Positions 25,855 through 38,365 of a stretch of DNA of 64,000 nucleotides are shown one piece after another. The notes under the pieces are model-generated. The model saw only the letters and a list, made by a program, of their open reading frames with translations, ran no database searches and was not told where the DNA came from. The first letter of the stretch is position 1. Every line of letters starts with the position of its first letter. The stretch is taken from positions 992,001 to 1,056,000 of the forward strand of contig JAWMAR010000506.1 in NCBI GenBank assembly GCA_036785375.1, in the 5' to 3' direction. The position numbers were made by a program, and so were the translations under genes. The DNA comes from Leucoraja ocellata. Taxonomy: Eukaryota.

Positions 25855-28180
25855 CATACAGTAAACAATTATGAATAAAACATTAAAACATTAAGAATAA
25901 AACATTATAGTTTAAACATGTGAATGAAATAAAATACCAGAGCAAAAGGAGGCTACAGACATTTGGTTATTGAGTAGAGCCACTGTTCGTGGAAAAAAGC
26001 TGTTTTTATGTCTGGCCGTGGAGGCTTTGACAATCCGGAGTCGCCTTCCAGAGGGAAGTGTTTCAAAGAGTTTGTGGCCAGGGTGAGTGGTCAGAGATGA
26101 TCTTACCCGCTCGCTTCTCGGCCCTTGCAGTGTACAGTTTGTATAGAATTGGACCACCATTGCCTGTGGCAGATGGTGCTTCCTCAGGAAGTACATCCTC
26201 TGTTGGGCCTTTTTGACTGTGGAGTCAATGGTGGCTCCTCCCATTGAAGGTCCTTGGAGATGATGGTTCATGGGAAATTAAAAGACTCCACAGATGTGAC
26301 TTTGGTGTTTTCGATGGTGAGTGGGGTGATGTCTCCTAAAGTCTACTATCAATTGCACTGTCTTAAGAGCATTGAACTCCAGGTTGTAACGAAGGCACCA
26401 GGACGGCAGCTGTGTCACTTCCTGTCCGTAGGCAGATTTGTCCCCATCCTGGATCAGTCCAATCAGGGTTGCGTCGTCCGCAAACTTGAGAAGCTTGACA
26501 GAGGAGTTTGTGGAGGTACAGTCGTTGGTGTAGAGAGAGTAAAGGAGAGGGGAGAGTATGCAGCCTTGCGGTGCTCCTATGCTGAGGGTCTGCTGGTCCG
26601 AGATGTGCTTTCCCAGCCTCACATGCTGCTTCCTGTCTGTCAGGAAGTTGGTGGTCCACTGATCTGAGGGGTTCAGGCACAGTCAACTGGGAGAGTTTGG
26701 AGTGTAGTGGATCTGGCACAATGGTGTTGAATGCAGTGCTAAAATCTACAAACAAAATCCTTGCATAGGTCCCCTGGTGGTCTGGAGGATGAAGTACAGG
26801 CCTAGGTTGACTGTCATCCACTGATCTATGCAAACCCGGTATGCAAACTGCAGAGGGTCCAGCTTTGTGATATTTGTGATATTTTTCAGTTGGGCCAGCA
26901 CAAGTCTTTCAAGGGTCTTCATGACTACAGAGGTCAGTGGGACAGGCCTGTATTCATTAAGACCAGTAATCCTTGTCTTTTTGGGTACAGCGACAATAGT
27001 GGAGACTTTGAAGCAGACGGGGACAGTACAGGTTTGCAGGGACTGGTTGAAAATGCACAGAACTTGAGGGGAGAGGGGGAAACATTGCCGGTCCTGGAGA
27101 TTTCAGGCTTTTCTGCCTTCTGAATAGCCTCTCCACCTCCTCAATTTTTTTTGTTGGTGATGGAGAAGTAGCCAGACTGAGCAACAAGGAGGGGGTGAGT
27201 AGTGGGCAAGGGCCCGTCTTTCAGGCGATAAGTAGGTGTGAAATGGTGTTTGGGGAGGAGCGGATGGGGAAGGGTTCAGTCTTTGCAGACTAGAGTCAGA
27301 CAATAAGTAGGTATGAAGTGGTGTTTGGGGAGGGGGTACCAGGGTTATGTTTCTGTTTATCGAACCTGCAGTAGAACTCGTTCAGGTTGTTGGTCTGCTG
27401 ATGATTGTCCAAGAAGCGGGGGCGGGGGGGGGGGTAATTACCTCCTAAAAAAGCTCAAACAAGTTAGTAGATATGACATGCATGGACAAAGCCATGATGA
27501 CTGTCCCTAATTATTCCATTCCCTTCCAAATGCAAGTAAATATTTTCCTAAAGTATCCTCTCCAATAACTTTCCTACCACTGACATGAAGCTCACCAGCC
27601 ACCAATATCTATGATTATCTCCACTTCCTTTCTTCAACAAAGAAACTATACTGGCTACTCTCCAGTCTTCCGACACTTCTCAAGAGTACCTTTCCTTGGC
27701 AGCTCTGATTCCTCTTCTCAGCTTGTACTTGGCCTGCCTGTAGAGGCCTGTATCCCTGCACCTGTAGGCCTCATCTTTACACTGGCAGAGCTGTCTGTTC
27801 TGCTGTAAACCAGGGCTTGTCGTTGTTGTACCAGATCCGTGTCCAAGTGGCAATGCAACTGGCTTCACAAAAGCTGCCATATGATGTCACAGTGTCTGAA
27901 TATTCATCGAGGCTTGTGGTTGCTTCCCTGAACATATTCCAATGCGTGCAGTTAAAGCAAGACTGGAGGTTTCCAATGCCCTCGCTTGTCCATCTTTTCA
28001 TTGTTCTGACCACAGGTTTAGCAGATTTTAATTTCTGCCTGGAGGTCGGAATAAGGTGAATAAACAATGATCAGTGAGACCCAGAGCCACCCGGGGAACA
28101 GAGCGATATGCGTTCTTGATTGAAGAGTAACAGTGATCGAGTGTTCTCTACCCTCTGGTGGGGCAGGTAACATGAAGTCT
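25855..28180 (-). mobile_element. Rex1/Babar-clade LINE, degraded
   Basis: [70 protein letters not shown]. Confidence 0.88.
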
Positions 28181-28659
28181 GTTGGAGCAAATAACTATAA
28201 GTTTGGACAAAGATATAGATTTTAGAAGACTTCATAAAGAAGGAAAGGGAATTATAAGATGTTCAGGAAGCCACACCTTAGGGTCTGGCTTGACAGATGA
28301 TTCAATGATACTTTATTGTCACATGTACCTGGGTACAGTGAAATGCTTTGTTTTGCAAACAACCCGGTAAAATCATATAATAGATAAAATCATATGGTCG
28401 GTGAAAATCACATGAAAGGCAGCCACCGATTGTAGATCTATTAAATTTGAGGATGAGCAAGAGATTAACATTAGAATAGTGTTGTAGTTGCCCTCTGAAC
28501 CTGCAGTAAACTTAATTTTGTAACAAAGTAGGAACCTTCAGTGACGCTTCGGAGGATCTCGACCCGAAACATCACCCATTCCTTCACTCCAGAAATGCTG
28601 CCTGTTCCGCTGAGTTCTTCGGCAGTTCCTTCCTACACAAAGTAGGAACCATCGTGGGC

Positions 28660-29008
28660 AAAGATCCTCTCGGATATTTGATCGTGGGTGTGCAGGCGCC
28701 CCGGGAGTGACGCGCGCGTGCGCGCCTGCCGTGGAACGCCCCCGGCAGCGGTTGCCAGGGGCAACGTTTGTGCGGCTGTGGGCTGGCGGGGGCGCGTGTA
28801 GCAAGCGGACGCTGAGGCTGCGCCCGGACCCGACCCGACCCGCTGCAAATGGCGGCGTGAGGAGCAACAACCCCGGCCACCAGCGTCCCACACTCTCCAC
28901 GGCCTCGGAGGACATGATCAGGCGAGTACCGGCGGACCCGAAGTGATTAATCTCTGTCCTTTCGGGTTAAAGCTATAGCGGAGCCAGCTCCTTCCCACCG
29001 GGGTGAGT
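28660..29008 (+). promoter_or_regulatory. CpG-island promoter and probable non-coding first exon of a second gene
   Basis: CpG-dense, not repeat-like; NRF1-like GCGCGTGCGC ~28714, X-box GTTGCCAGGGGCAAC 28751-28765, GC box, YY1-like AAATGGCGGC 28847-28856, donor GG|GTGAGT at 29003. Confidence 0.7.
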
Positions 29009-30028
29009 GGCTTTACCGAGTGTGCATGTCCCTGTGCAGGAGGTTGCGCCCACTGGTGGATCCCCGCCTGACTCTGGACCCCTGAATCATCTGAGTCATG
29101 GGAAGCTCACCCCGTTCAAACTAGGTCACACCTGCAAACATTAACGGGAGACGGTATGCTTGTTGTGTATCAATTTACAAGAGAAATACTATCGTTCTCC
29201 TTCCTCTACCGAGCAGCACTATTCCTTGCTTCCTTCTATTCTGTCTGTACTGTTCCAAAATGTAGGTAAAGAAATACCGCAGGAAATTATTTTTACCCCT
29301 CTCTGAAGTTGGAGGACCAGGAAACCTTCTTTTGTTTCCCTCTTCAGCCCATTTCTCATGAATGGTCAGCAGTATATTAGATCCAAATTTACTACCCAAC
29401 TTTGGGGGCTTTCTCTAGAAGTGCAATATTTTGCATCACTTATTAAAAATCAGAGCTGGGGTTATTTTCTTTGTGAGTTTTAGTCCCTGGCGTGGTGTAT
29501 ACATGAATTTCCACCCCATTAGTTCTGCTGATTCTAATGTCTTTCTCCCTGTCTATCCTGGGTCAGTGGGAGAGGCAAGAGATGAGATTGCAGTGGGCTT
29601 GACAATGTGTTGTGTATCCTCCCTAGCCACTGGCTTAGTGTCGGAAGACTGGAGAGTAGCCAGTGTAGTTTCTTTGTTGAAGAAAGGAAGTGGAGATAAT
29701 CATAGATATTGGTGGCTGGTGAGCTTCATGTCAGTGGTAGGAAAGTTATTGGAGAGGATACTTTAGGAAAATATTTACTTGCATTTGGAAGGGAATGGAA
29801 TAATTAGGGACAGTCATCATGGCTTTGTCCATGCATGTCATATCTACTAACTTGTTTGAGCTTTTTTAGGAGGTGTTGGATGTAATTTATGAGCGTAGGG
29901 CAGTGGAATTTCTCTATGTGGATTTTAGTAAAGCATTTATTAGCAAGGTCCTTCATGGTAGGCTAACCCAAAAGATTAAGATGCATGGGATTCATGGTGA
30001 CTTGGTGGTTTGGATTCGAAACTGACTT

Positions 30029-30345
30029 AGAAACATAGAAACATAGAAATTAGGTGCAGGAGTAGGCCATTCGGCCCTTCGAGCCTGCACCGCCATTCAA
30101 TATGATCATGGCTGATCATCCAACTCAGTATCCCGTTCCTGCCTTCTCTCCATACCCTCTGATCCCCATAGCCACAAGGGTCACATCTAACTCCCTCTTA
30201 AATATAGCCAATGAACTGGCCTCAACTACCCTCTGTGGCAGAGAGTTCCAGAGATTCACCACTCTCTGTGTGAAAAAAGTTCTTCTCATCTCGGTTTTAA
30301 AGGATTTCCCCCTTATCCTTAAGCTGTGACCCCTTGTCCTGGACT
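30029..30345 (-). mobile_element. Young CR1 3' end
   Basis: AGAAACAT tail; flanked by GACTTAG at 30024-30030 and 30342-30348. Confidence 0.88.
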
Positions 30346-30553
30346 TAGGCATAGAAGACAGAGGGTTGTGGTGGAAGGAGCTTTATTCAGGCTGGGAGTA
30401 TGTGACCAGTGGAATTCTGTAGTTATTTGTGTTTTGACCTCTGTTGTTTGTGATATTAATAACTGATGGGCACAAATATTAATGGGTATTACGTCTGCAG
30501 ATAACACCAATATTGGTGGAGTTGCAGACATTGAAGGGTGTTGAGATATAAAG

Positions 30554-31255
30554 TAGCAATGTTACAAAATTTTGAGATTTTAAAAATCAAGTCTGCAATT
30601 TATCCCATCAGATAAAGCATAACAATAAGTTTAATTTGACACCAAATTCACTTTCATATCTCAAGTATTAAAAAAGTTATGGCCATTTTCATACTCGGAA
30701 ATTAGCATCTTGTTCCCTATTGATTTTCAATGGACATTACAAAAAAGCTGTGATCTTGGATAATCAAAAGCCTATTTCTTAAGGAAAGATTAACATTTTT
30801 AGATAGCCTAAGTGTCCAAAGATTATTCACAAATAATTCACAATATAACATGATTTTTATATCTAATTTACATTAATTTATAGGCCAAATGGAAGGAATT
30901 TAGTGTTCAATTGCTGTAAATAAATGCCCATTTAAATCGGCTTTCTAGTGGGTTTCTGTGAACGCGCTGGTTTAGAACGTTGACAGCGCGCTGGATTAGT
31001 GCCCTCAAATGCCGAGAAAAATGCTGCGGGATATAAAAAGCCCAAAATGAACTACTCGCTATAGATAACTTGATATATAGGGTTATATATATGCCCCATT
31101 TAATGTAAAAATAAGGTACATACCTTTAATTGTTTGCTTTATAAAACCCTGGGGCTGCGAGATGTTGCGGAATCAGAGAGTAATTTTAAACTATTATAAC
31201 TATATTATCGAGGCCTATAAAACTAATAATACCTTTTGCGACCGGGTCTTGTGGT
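30554..31255 (+). mobile_element. Unclassified AT-rich interspersed element, copy 2
   Basis: Begins TAGCAATGTTACAAAATTTTGAGATT as at 33811. Confidence 0.75.
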
Positions 31256-31328
31256 TGAATGTAAAGGAAAAGTATATAATTAATAGCAAGACCCTTAATA
31301 GCATTTCTGTACCAAGGGATCCTAGAGT

Positions 31329-31475
31329 AAGAAAGAACTGCAGACGCTGGTTTAAATAGAAGGTATAAATTAAATTAAAGTCTGAAGAACCCAAGTTTCG
31401 ACCCAAAATGTCACCCATTCCTTCCCTCCAGAGATGCTGCCTCACCCGCTGAGTTCCTCCAGCATTTTGAGGCTA
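31329..31475. mobile_element. Penelope-derived short insertion with 16-bp TSD
   Basis: CAAGGGATCCTAGAGT at 31313-31328 and 31476-31491. Confidence 0.85.
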
Positions 31476-32270
31476 CAAGGGATCCTAGAGTGCAGATCTA
31501 TACCTCCCTGAAAGTGGCAGCACACGGAAATAGAATGGTAAAGGATTGTATTGTATGATTGCCTTCATCGGTCAAGGAATTGAGAGTTAGAAAGTCATGT
31601 TGCAGCTTTATAAAACTTTGATTCAGCCACATTTTTCAGTATTGTCTGCATTTTAGGATGCCCCATTGTAGTAAGGATGTGGGTGCTTTGGAAAGAGTGC
31701 ACAAGTGGTTCACTAGAATATTTCCTGGATTAGGTTATTAGCTGTAAGGAGAGGTTGGACAAATTCAGATTTATTTTTTGGACTGTCGGAGGTTGATGGG
31801 ATACCTGATAGAAGTATACAAGATTATTAGTGGCATAGATAGTGTAGCAGTCAGAAACCTTTTCCTCGGAAGGAAATGTTGGCAACTAGAGGACATTGCT
31901 TTAAGGCCAGAGGGGAAAAGTGTGCGGGTAAAGATTTTTTAATATAGAGTGGTGGGTGCCTGGATTACATTGCAAAGGATGGTGGTGGAAGCAGATTCGA
32001 TAGTGATACTTAAAATACTTTTAGATAGCTACGTGGATATGAATTATGTGCAGGCAAAGGAGATTCATTTATTTGGCGTCATGTTTGGCACAGAGATTGT
32101 GAGTTGATAGCCCTGTTCTTATGTTGTACTCTTTTATATTCTATGTTCAATTTTTTTCCCCTCAAATGTGGCATTTATTTTTTGCCCAATCATGTAGGTC
32201 ATCTTCTGTGGCAAGTATTGGAAACATTGTAGTTCCTTTATATACAATGGAATAAATTCTATTCCGTTTT

Positions 32271-32726
32271 AGACAATAGACAATCGACTATAGGTGCAGG
32301 AGTAGGCCATTCGGCCCTTCGAGCCAGCACCACCATTCAATGTGATCAAGGCTGAATCATCCACAATCAGTAACCCGTTCCTGCCTTCTCCCCATGTCCC
32401 TTGACTCCGCTATCTTTAAGAGCCCTATATACTTCTTGAAAGTATCCATAGAACCGGCCTCCAACGCCCTCTGAGGCAGAGAATTCCACACTCACCACTC
32501 TCTGTGTGAAAAAGTGTTTCCTCATCTCCGTTCTAAATGGCTAACCCCTTATTCTTAAACTATGGCCCCTGGTTCTGGACTACCCCAACATCAGGAACAT
32601 GTTTCCTGCCTCTGCCGTGTCCAAACCCGTAATAATCTTATATGTTTCAATAAGATACCTTCTCATCCTAAATTCCAGAGTATACAAGCCCAGCCTCTCC
32701 ATTCTCTCAGCATATGCCAGTCATGC
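32271..32726 (-). mobile_element. CR1 3' part (host of ERV-A; continues at 38426)
   Basis: ...CATATGCCAGTC joins CTGGCATCCCGAGAATTAACC at 38426, colinear with other CR1 copies (e.g. ~52350). Confidence 0.85.
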
Positions 32727-33202
32727 TGATAAGGTTCACTGCTTTAAAAACAGACAACTCACAATAACGTTAGGTAAATCAACTCGAGGTTTACTGATCA
32801 TCAGCCGGCGGAAGTGACGGGGATACACCAGTCAAGTAAGCAACAGACACTTGATTTCTCCGTGCTACCACTTCAATTAACAAAGATTTGCACGGTGTTT
32901 TATACTGTGTTGTCACTCAGTCAGATTCCAAAGATGTTAGTCATGGTCAAAGATGCAGCCAATACACATCACCACAGGACGAGTCTGAGCTTGTCTCTTA
33001 TCAATTAGTAGACACATTTCAAAGGCATCTTATCAGTTGGTACTTCCAGGACAAGACATTTTGAAGGCATCGGTCATTGTCTCAATATACATCAACCTGA
33101 GACAAGCATGGGCTTGTCTCTCTCTTGGAATACAAGGTACAACCTACAGTCAGGTATTCCACTATGTATCTTTTGTATATTTAAAAGCATTTAACCTTTT
33201 CA
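32727..33202 (-). mobile_element. ERV-A 3' LTR (476 bp)
   Basis: Minus strand TGAAAAGGTT...AACCTTATCA terminal inverted repeat; preceded by polypurine tract AAAGAGGAGGGAA (33203-33215). Confidence 0.85.
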
Positions 33203-33234
33203 TTCCCTCCTCTTTATCATGTTGATGATAACAA

Positions 33235-33810
33235 TTATAGTCCTCGCCGAGTACATAAGATAAGCCAAAAGCATCGCAACAGACAAATTAAGAGTACAAT
33301 TAGTAATATAATCAATCCATAGTGGACAATAATTCCCCAAGTCCTTCCAAACATATTAAATGGCCACCAACAGCCCCCGGAGCTATAATCAAGTAATTCA
33401 GCTCCTACCTTCTTTATTTTAGCCACTTCCATTCTGATATGGACGGCCAAGTCGGTAATGTTGGAGGAAGCATCGTGGATAAAAGTACAACATTCTCAGC
33501 CAATTATGGCCAACATCCCACCTTTTACTGCCAGGATAAAATCTAGGGCCATTCTGTTCTGTAATACTACAGTTCTCATAGCTACTATCTCAGCTGTTAC
33601 CCCTTTTATGTCCTTCTGGGTTGCACTCAAGCAGGCGGCAGTGGCATTAGCAAGCGTCTCCATAGCAGAGGCCATATTAATGAGTTCCCATGATACTACC
33701 ATAGGATGGGAAGAGGATCGCTTGGAAATTCCCGTGTACTGGTGTAACTGGTTCACGCTTCTCATGTGTGGGACCACATATGCAACATAACAACATCCTA
33801 TCCAGTGATG
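33235..33810 (-). pseudogene. env: ERV-A env remnant (SU C-terminus + TM)
   Basis: WIGCCYVAYVVP, cleavage-site-like ISKR, immunosuppressive domain LQNRMALDFILA, *ECC motif, hydrophobic TM YGLIILLIVLLICLL; one in-frame stop. Confidence 0.9.
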
Positions 33811-36800
33811 TAGCAATGTTACAAAATTTTGAGATTTAAAAAATCAAGTCTGCAATTTATCCCATCGGATAAAGCATAAAAAGAAGCTTGATTTGACACC
33901 TAATTCACATTCATATCTTCAGCATTAAAAAAGTTATGGCCATTTTCATACTCGGAAATTAGCATCTTGTTCCCTATTGCTTTTCCATTGACTTAACACA
34001 AAAGCTGTGACCGCGGACAGTCAAAAGCCCATAACTTTCTTAAAAATTAAGAGAACAGAAAGAAATTTCAGTTATTATAGATTGAAGCATTCCAAAACAA
34101 ATATGAAACAATCTTACTTGGATGACCTGAAATTAAAGCATATAATAATAATAATAATAAATTTTATTTATGGGTGCCTTTCAAGAGTCTCAAGGACACC
34201 TTACAAAAATTTAGCAGTAGAGGAAAAAAAAGAAATAAATAGTAGAGACATGACTAGTACACAAAGTAAATACAGAATTCAATACAAAACACAGTATGAG
34301 GCAATTCATGCACAGATGAAAAGGGACGGCACGTGGGGCTAAGGATAGGCAGAGGTGAAGAGATGGGCCTTGAGGCGGGACTGGAAGATGGTGAGGGACA
34401 GGTAATTGCGGATCAGTTGGGGGAGGGAGTTCCAGAGCCTGGGAGCTGCCCTGGAGAAGGCTCTGTCCCCAAAACTGCGGAGGTTGGACTTGTGGATGGA
34501 GAGGAGATCAGCTGATGTGGATCTGAGGGACCGTGAGGTTGGTAGGGGGAGAGGAGGTCAGTGAGATATGGGGGGGCCAGATGGTGGAGGGCTTTGTAGG
34601 TGAGGATCAGGATTTTGTAGGTGATCCGGTGGGAGATGGGAAGCCAGTAAAGTTGTTTGAGGACTGGAGTGATGTGATGCCAGGATTTGGTGTGGGTGAT
34701 GAGTCGGGCGGTTGCGTTCTGGACCAGTTGGAGTCGGTTGATGTAGGTGGAGCTGATGCCAAGGAGAAGTGAGTTGCAATAGTCCAGTCGGGAGGAGATG
34801 AAGGCATGGATGAGTCTTTCAGCAGCGGGCGGTGTGAGAGAGGGTCTGAGTTTGGCGATGTTGCGGAGATGAAAGAAGGAGGTTTTAATGACATGGCGGA
34901 TGTGAGGCTCAAGGGAGAGGGTGGAATCAAAGATCACGCCAAGGTTGCGGGCCTGGGGAGACGGTGGTGCCGCCGATGGTGAGAGTGGGGTTATTGATTT
35001 TATTGAGTGTGGCTTTGGAGCCTATGAGGAGGAATTCTGTCTTATCACAGTTGAGTTTGAGGAAATTATGTTGCACCCAGGTTTTTATAGCTGACAAACA
35101 GGAGTTGATATGGGAGAGGGGGGGGGGGGGGGTTGTGGGGGGATTTCGTGCCAAGGTAGATCTGGGTGTCATCAGCGTAACAGTGGAAGTCCAGATTGAA
35201 GTGGCGGAGTATCTGATCAAGGGGGAGGATGTAGATGATGAAGAGGAGGGGGCCGAGTACGGAGCCTTGAGGAACGCATTGAGTGACTGTGGCTGTAGCA
35301 GAGGTGTGGTTGTGGAGAGAGATGAAGTGGGGTCTGTTGGAAAGGTAGGAACGGAGCCAGCTGAGTGCAGAGCCTTCAATGCCGAGGTCTTTGAGTCTGG
35401 TGAGCAGGATGTTATGGTTCACTGTATCGAAGGCTGTGCTCAGGTCGAGGAGGATGAGGATGTTGAGGGAACCAGTGTCAGCAGAGGTGAGGAGGTCGTT
35501 GAGGACTTTGAGGAGAGCAGTTTCTGTGCTATGGAGGGGGCGAAAGCCAGATTGGAGGGGTTCAAGTAGGTTATACGCAAGGAGGTGGGAATGAAGTTGT
35601 GACGCAACGATACGCTCCAGGGTTTTTGAAAGAAAGGGGAGGTTTGAGATTGGGCGGTAGTTAATGAGAGAGGAGGGATCAAGACCAGGTTTCTTTAAGA
35701 ATGGTGTAACAGCAGTAGTTTTGAAAGCGGAGGGGACAATTCCTTGGGACAATGAGGAGTTGAAGAGATTAGTGAGGTAGGGGCAGAGAACGGGGAGGCA
35801 GGGCTTCAACAGGGGAGTGGGGAGAGGGTCGAGGGAGCAGGTAGTGGGTTTGGAAGAGCTGATGAGTTTGGAGATTTCAATAGGGGTGACCAGGTCAAAC
35901 TGGGAGAGGAAGCAGTGTGGAGGAGGGGTAAGGAGGTCAGTGGAGATGTTGAAAGAAGGGGCCTTGGTAGGTGGTGGAGTAGATGCTGGGGAGTCGGGTA
36001 CAGGGGATAAAGATTGATAGATGGTGCTGATTTTATCAGCGAAAAAGTGGAGGAATGAATTGCAGAGATCCGGAGTAGAGGTAGGGAGAGTGTTGGCTCG
36101 AGGCTTGAGGAAGGTTGCCCACTGTGGAGAAGAGGGTTCTGTGGTTTAGGCTTAGGTTTAGGTTATAATTAGTTAGTTACCTAATTGTAGCTAATTACAA
36201 AATTCAATTACTAGATCTAAACATCTATCCATTTCTTAAGAAAAGATTAAAATTTTTAAATAGCCTAAGTTTCCAAATAACATTCACACAAGAATTCACA
36301 ATATAACATGATTTTAAAATCTCATTGTCATAAATTTATAGGCCAAATGGAAGGAATTTAATGTTTAATTCCCGTAAATTAATGGCCATTTAAATCATCT
36401 TGCGAGTGGGTTTTTGTGGAACGCGATTGATTGGAACGTTGCGGTTGCAGTGAATTTGAACCCCATATCGGCAGGAAAAACACTGCCGGTTCATATGGGG
36501 CCAAAATCAAATTTTCGCCAAGGAAATGTTGTTTAAAGTAATCGTAAGAATCAAGTTTATATGTAAAATACACGACTTACCTTATGTTTTGTCCCCTACG
36601 TGAGATCCGTCCCGTTGACGGCGTTAGAAATCGCGTTTTTACTTTACTCCAGCGATTAAATTGTCCCGCGATTTAAAAAAAAACTTTGGAGAACGGAAGT
36701 CGGAACGATTTTTCAGCATCAGTTAGCAGCCCAAGAAAATATATCTCGGACAGGCAGGAGAAAACGGCATTTTAATCCCCCCCCCCCCTCAAAGGCACCA

Positions 36801-36811
36801 AAGTCGCACAG
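33811..36811 (+). mobile_element. Unclassified AT-rich interspersed element, copy 3 (split by an L2)
   Basis: Shared terminus; 33811-34142 and ~36165-36811 are colinear with copy 1. Confidence 0.75.
34143..36150 (-). mobile_element. L2-clade LINE, 5'-truncated
   Basis: NYRPISNLPFLSKTLE, QSGFRPLHSTETAL, LLDLSTAFDTV, YADDTQIY, HAFISSRLDYCNSLL; (ATT)n tail. Confidence 0.9.
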
Positions 36812-38362
36812 ACGGCCATTGCCTTTGGATATATGGTCCCCAGCACCAGTGTGGGCGGCACATTTAATAATGGCCAGGTGTTTTGGGAGCATCAGCGCCG
36901 TAAGCAGATTACTCACAAAAAGGGCATTCTTAATGGGTGTTCCTGCGGAGGTCAGGAATCTTCTGTGTTGCCAGAGAGCGCTAAAGTCATGAGAAATACC
37001 GAGGGCGTATCAGGAATCAGTATAGCTGTTAATTCGTTTGTCCGTTGCTAATATGCAGGTTCTCATCAAGGCAAACATTTCTGCCTATTGTGCTGATAAC
37101 GGAATCTGAAATCTTCCCTCTTCCAAAATCATCTGTGACTCATTTACTATTGCATAGCTGGAAACTCGCTGACATGTTTCAGGGATAATCATGGAGGCGC
37201 CATCGACGAACCATGGTGGTATGTTGCTATCCAATGGTACGTCGGACAATCCCTCCCGTGTGTTTGTCAATCAGTCATTGACGAACTCACAATTGTTGGG
37301 CGGCTCTGTGCAAGGCTCAGATGGCTGTGTCAAAAAGGCAGACGGGTTTATTGTCGTTAATGCCGAAAGGTCAAATTTGGATTATTTAACAATGTTAGTT
37401 CGTAGCGGCCCAGGCGTGCCTTAGTGAGGTATTTTGTTTGGTCCGCATTCATTAATGCGGCGACACTGAGTCGTAAATACAATCACCGGTTGATGCATAG
37501 TTATGTTTGCAACGGCCGAGACAGCAGCATATATACCAGGCAAAATCTGGGTGCAAGGGGGGTAGCCGCATGCTACCACTGAGAAGTAAGCTACCGGTCG
37601 TTTAACATCCATATGTGTTTGGGTCAGTATGGCTGACGCACAGTCTTGGATTATTGTAACGTACAGCTGAAACGGCCTATCATACAGTGGTCTGCCGAGG
37701 GCTGGGGCAGGGGCTAATGCATTTTTAGGGCTATAAAAGCCTTAGCCTGTTCCTCATCGAGGTAAAAATGTTGAGCGGCATTTGCAGAAGCCAGTGGTGA
37801 TAGATGCTTGGTATAGAGTGCAACATCGGGAATCCATGGGCGGCAAGAGTTCACGCCCCAAAAAGACTCTCATTTGTTTGGGGGTTTCGGGTTTTGGATA
37901 GCAGACAATGGGGTCCACTCTTGCTGGCATGAGTGCACGCTCAGTAGCACTAATCATAACTCCAAGAAATGTAACCTCCTTTTTGCCCTCTGAAACTTTC
38001 CTCTGAGGGATCGCATATCCCCAAGCATAAGGCTTCTAATAGCTTTGTTGTGTCAGTGATGTTGCTAGCCTCATCAGAGCTGGCGAGGAGTAGGTCATCA
38101 ACATACTGAATTACAGCGGAGCCTTGTGGGAGGGTTAATGTCTTTAACTGGTCTGCTACCACTTAGGAAAATATAATGGGCAAATGTATAAAGCCTTGTG
38201 ATAGGCGTGTCCACGTATATTGTTGTCCTTCGTATGTAAAGTATTGGCAATCGGGATGTAGTGGGACAGCGAAGAATGCGTGCTGTAGGTCAATTACTGT
38301 GAAGATGGTTGCAGAGGCGGGAACCTGTCTCAGGATGGTTACAGGGTTTAGTACAATGGCAT
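36812..38362 (-). pseudogene. pol: ERV-A pol remnant (RT, tether, RNase H), gamma/epsilon-type
   Basis: FTVIDLQHAFFAVPLHP, QYTWTRLSQGF, QYVDDLLLAS, RPVAYFS, WFVDGAS, AIIKCAAHT..KGN; multiple stops and frameshifts. Confidence 0.92.
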
Positions 38363-38365
38363 GCA

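Larger units (their letters stand above)
29555..32150 (+). mobile_element. Old CR1 LINE interrupted by three younger insertions
   Basis: EDWRVASVVSLLKKG, VVGKLLERIL, degenerate RT and 3' UTR ending ~32150. Confidence 0.8.

Noticed and set aside
28538-28946. ORFs across the CpG island as protein-coding
   Set aside because: GC-driven open frames without homology; partly run into a repeat
33235-33810. env as a domesticated syncytin-like gene
   Set aside because: In-frame stop, most of SU and the signal peptide deleted
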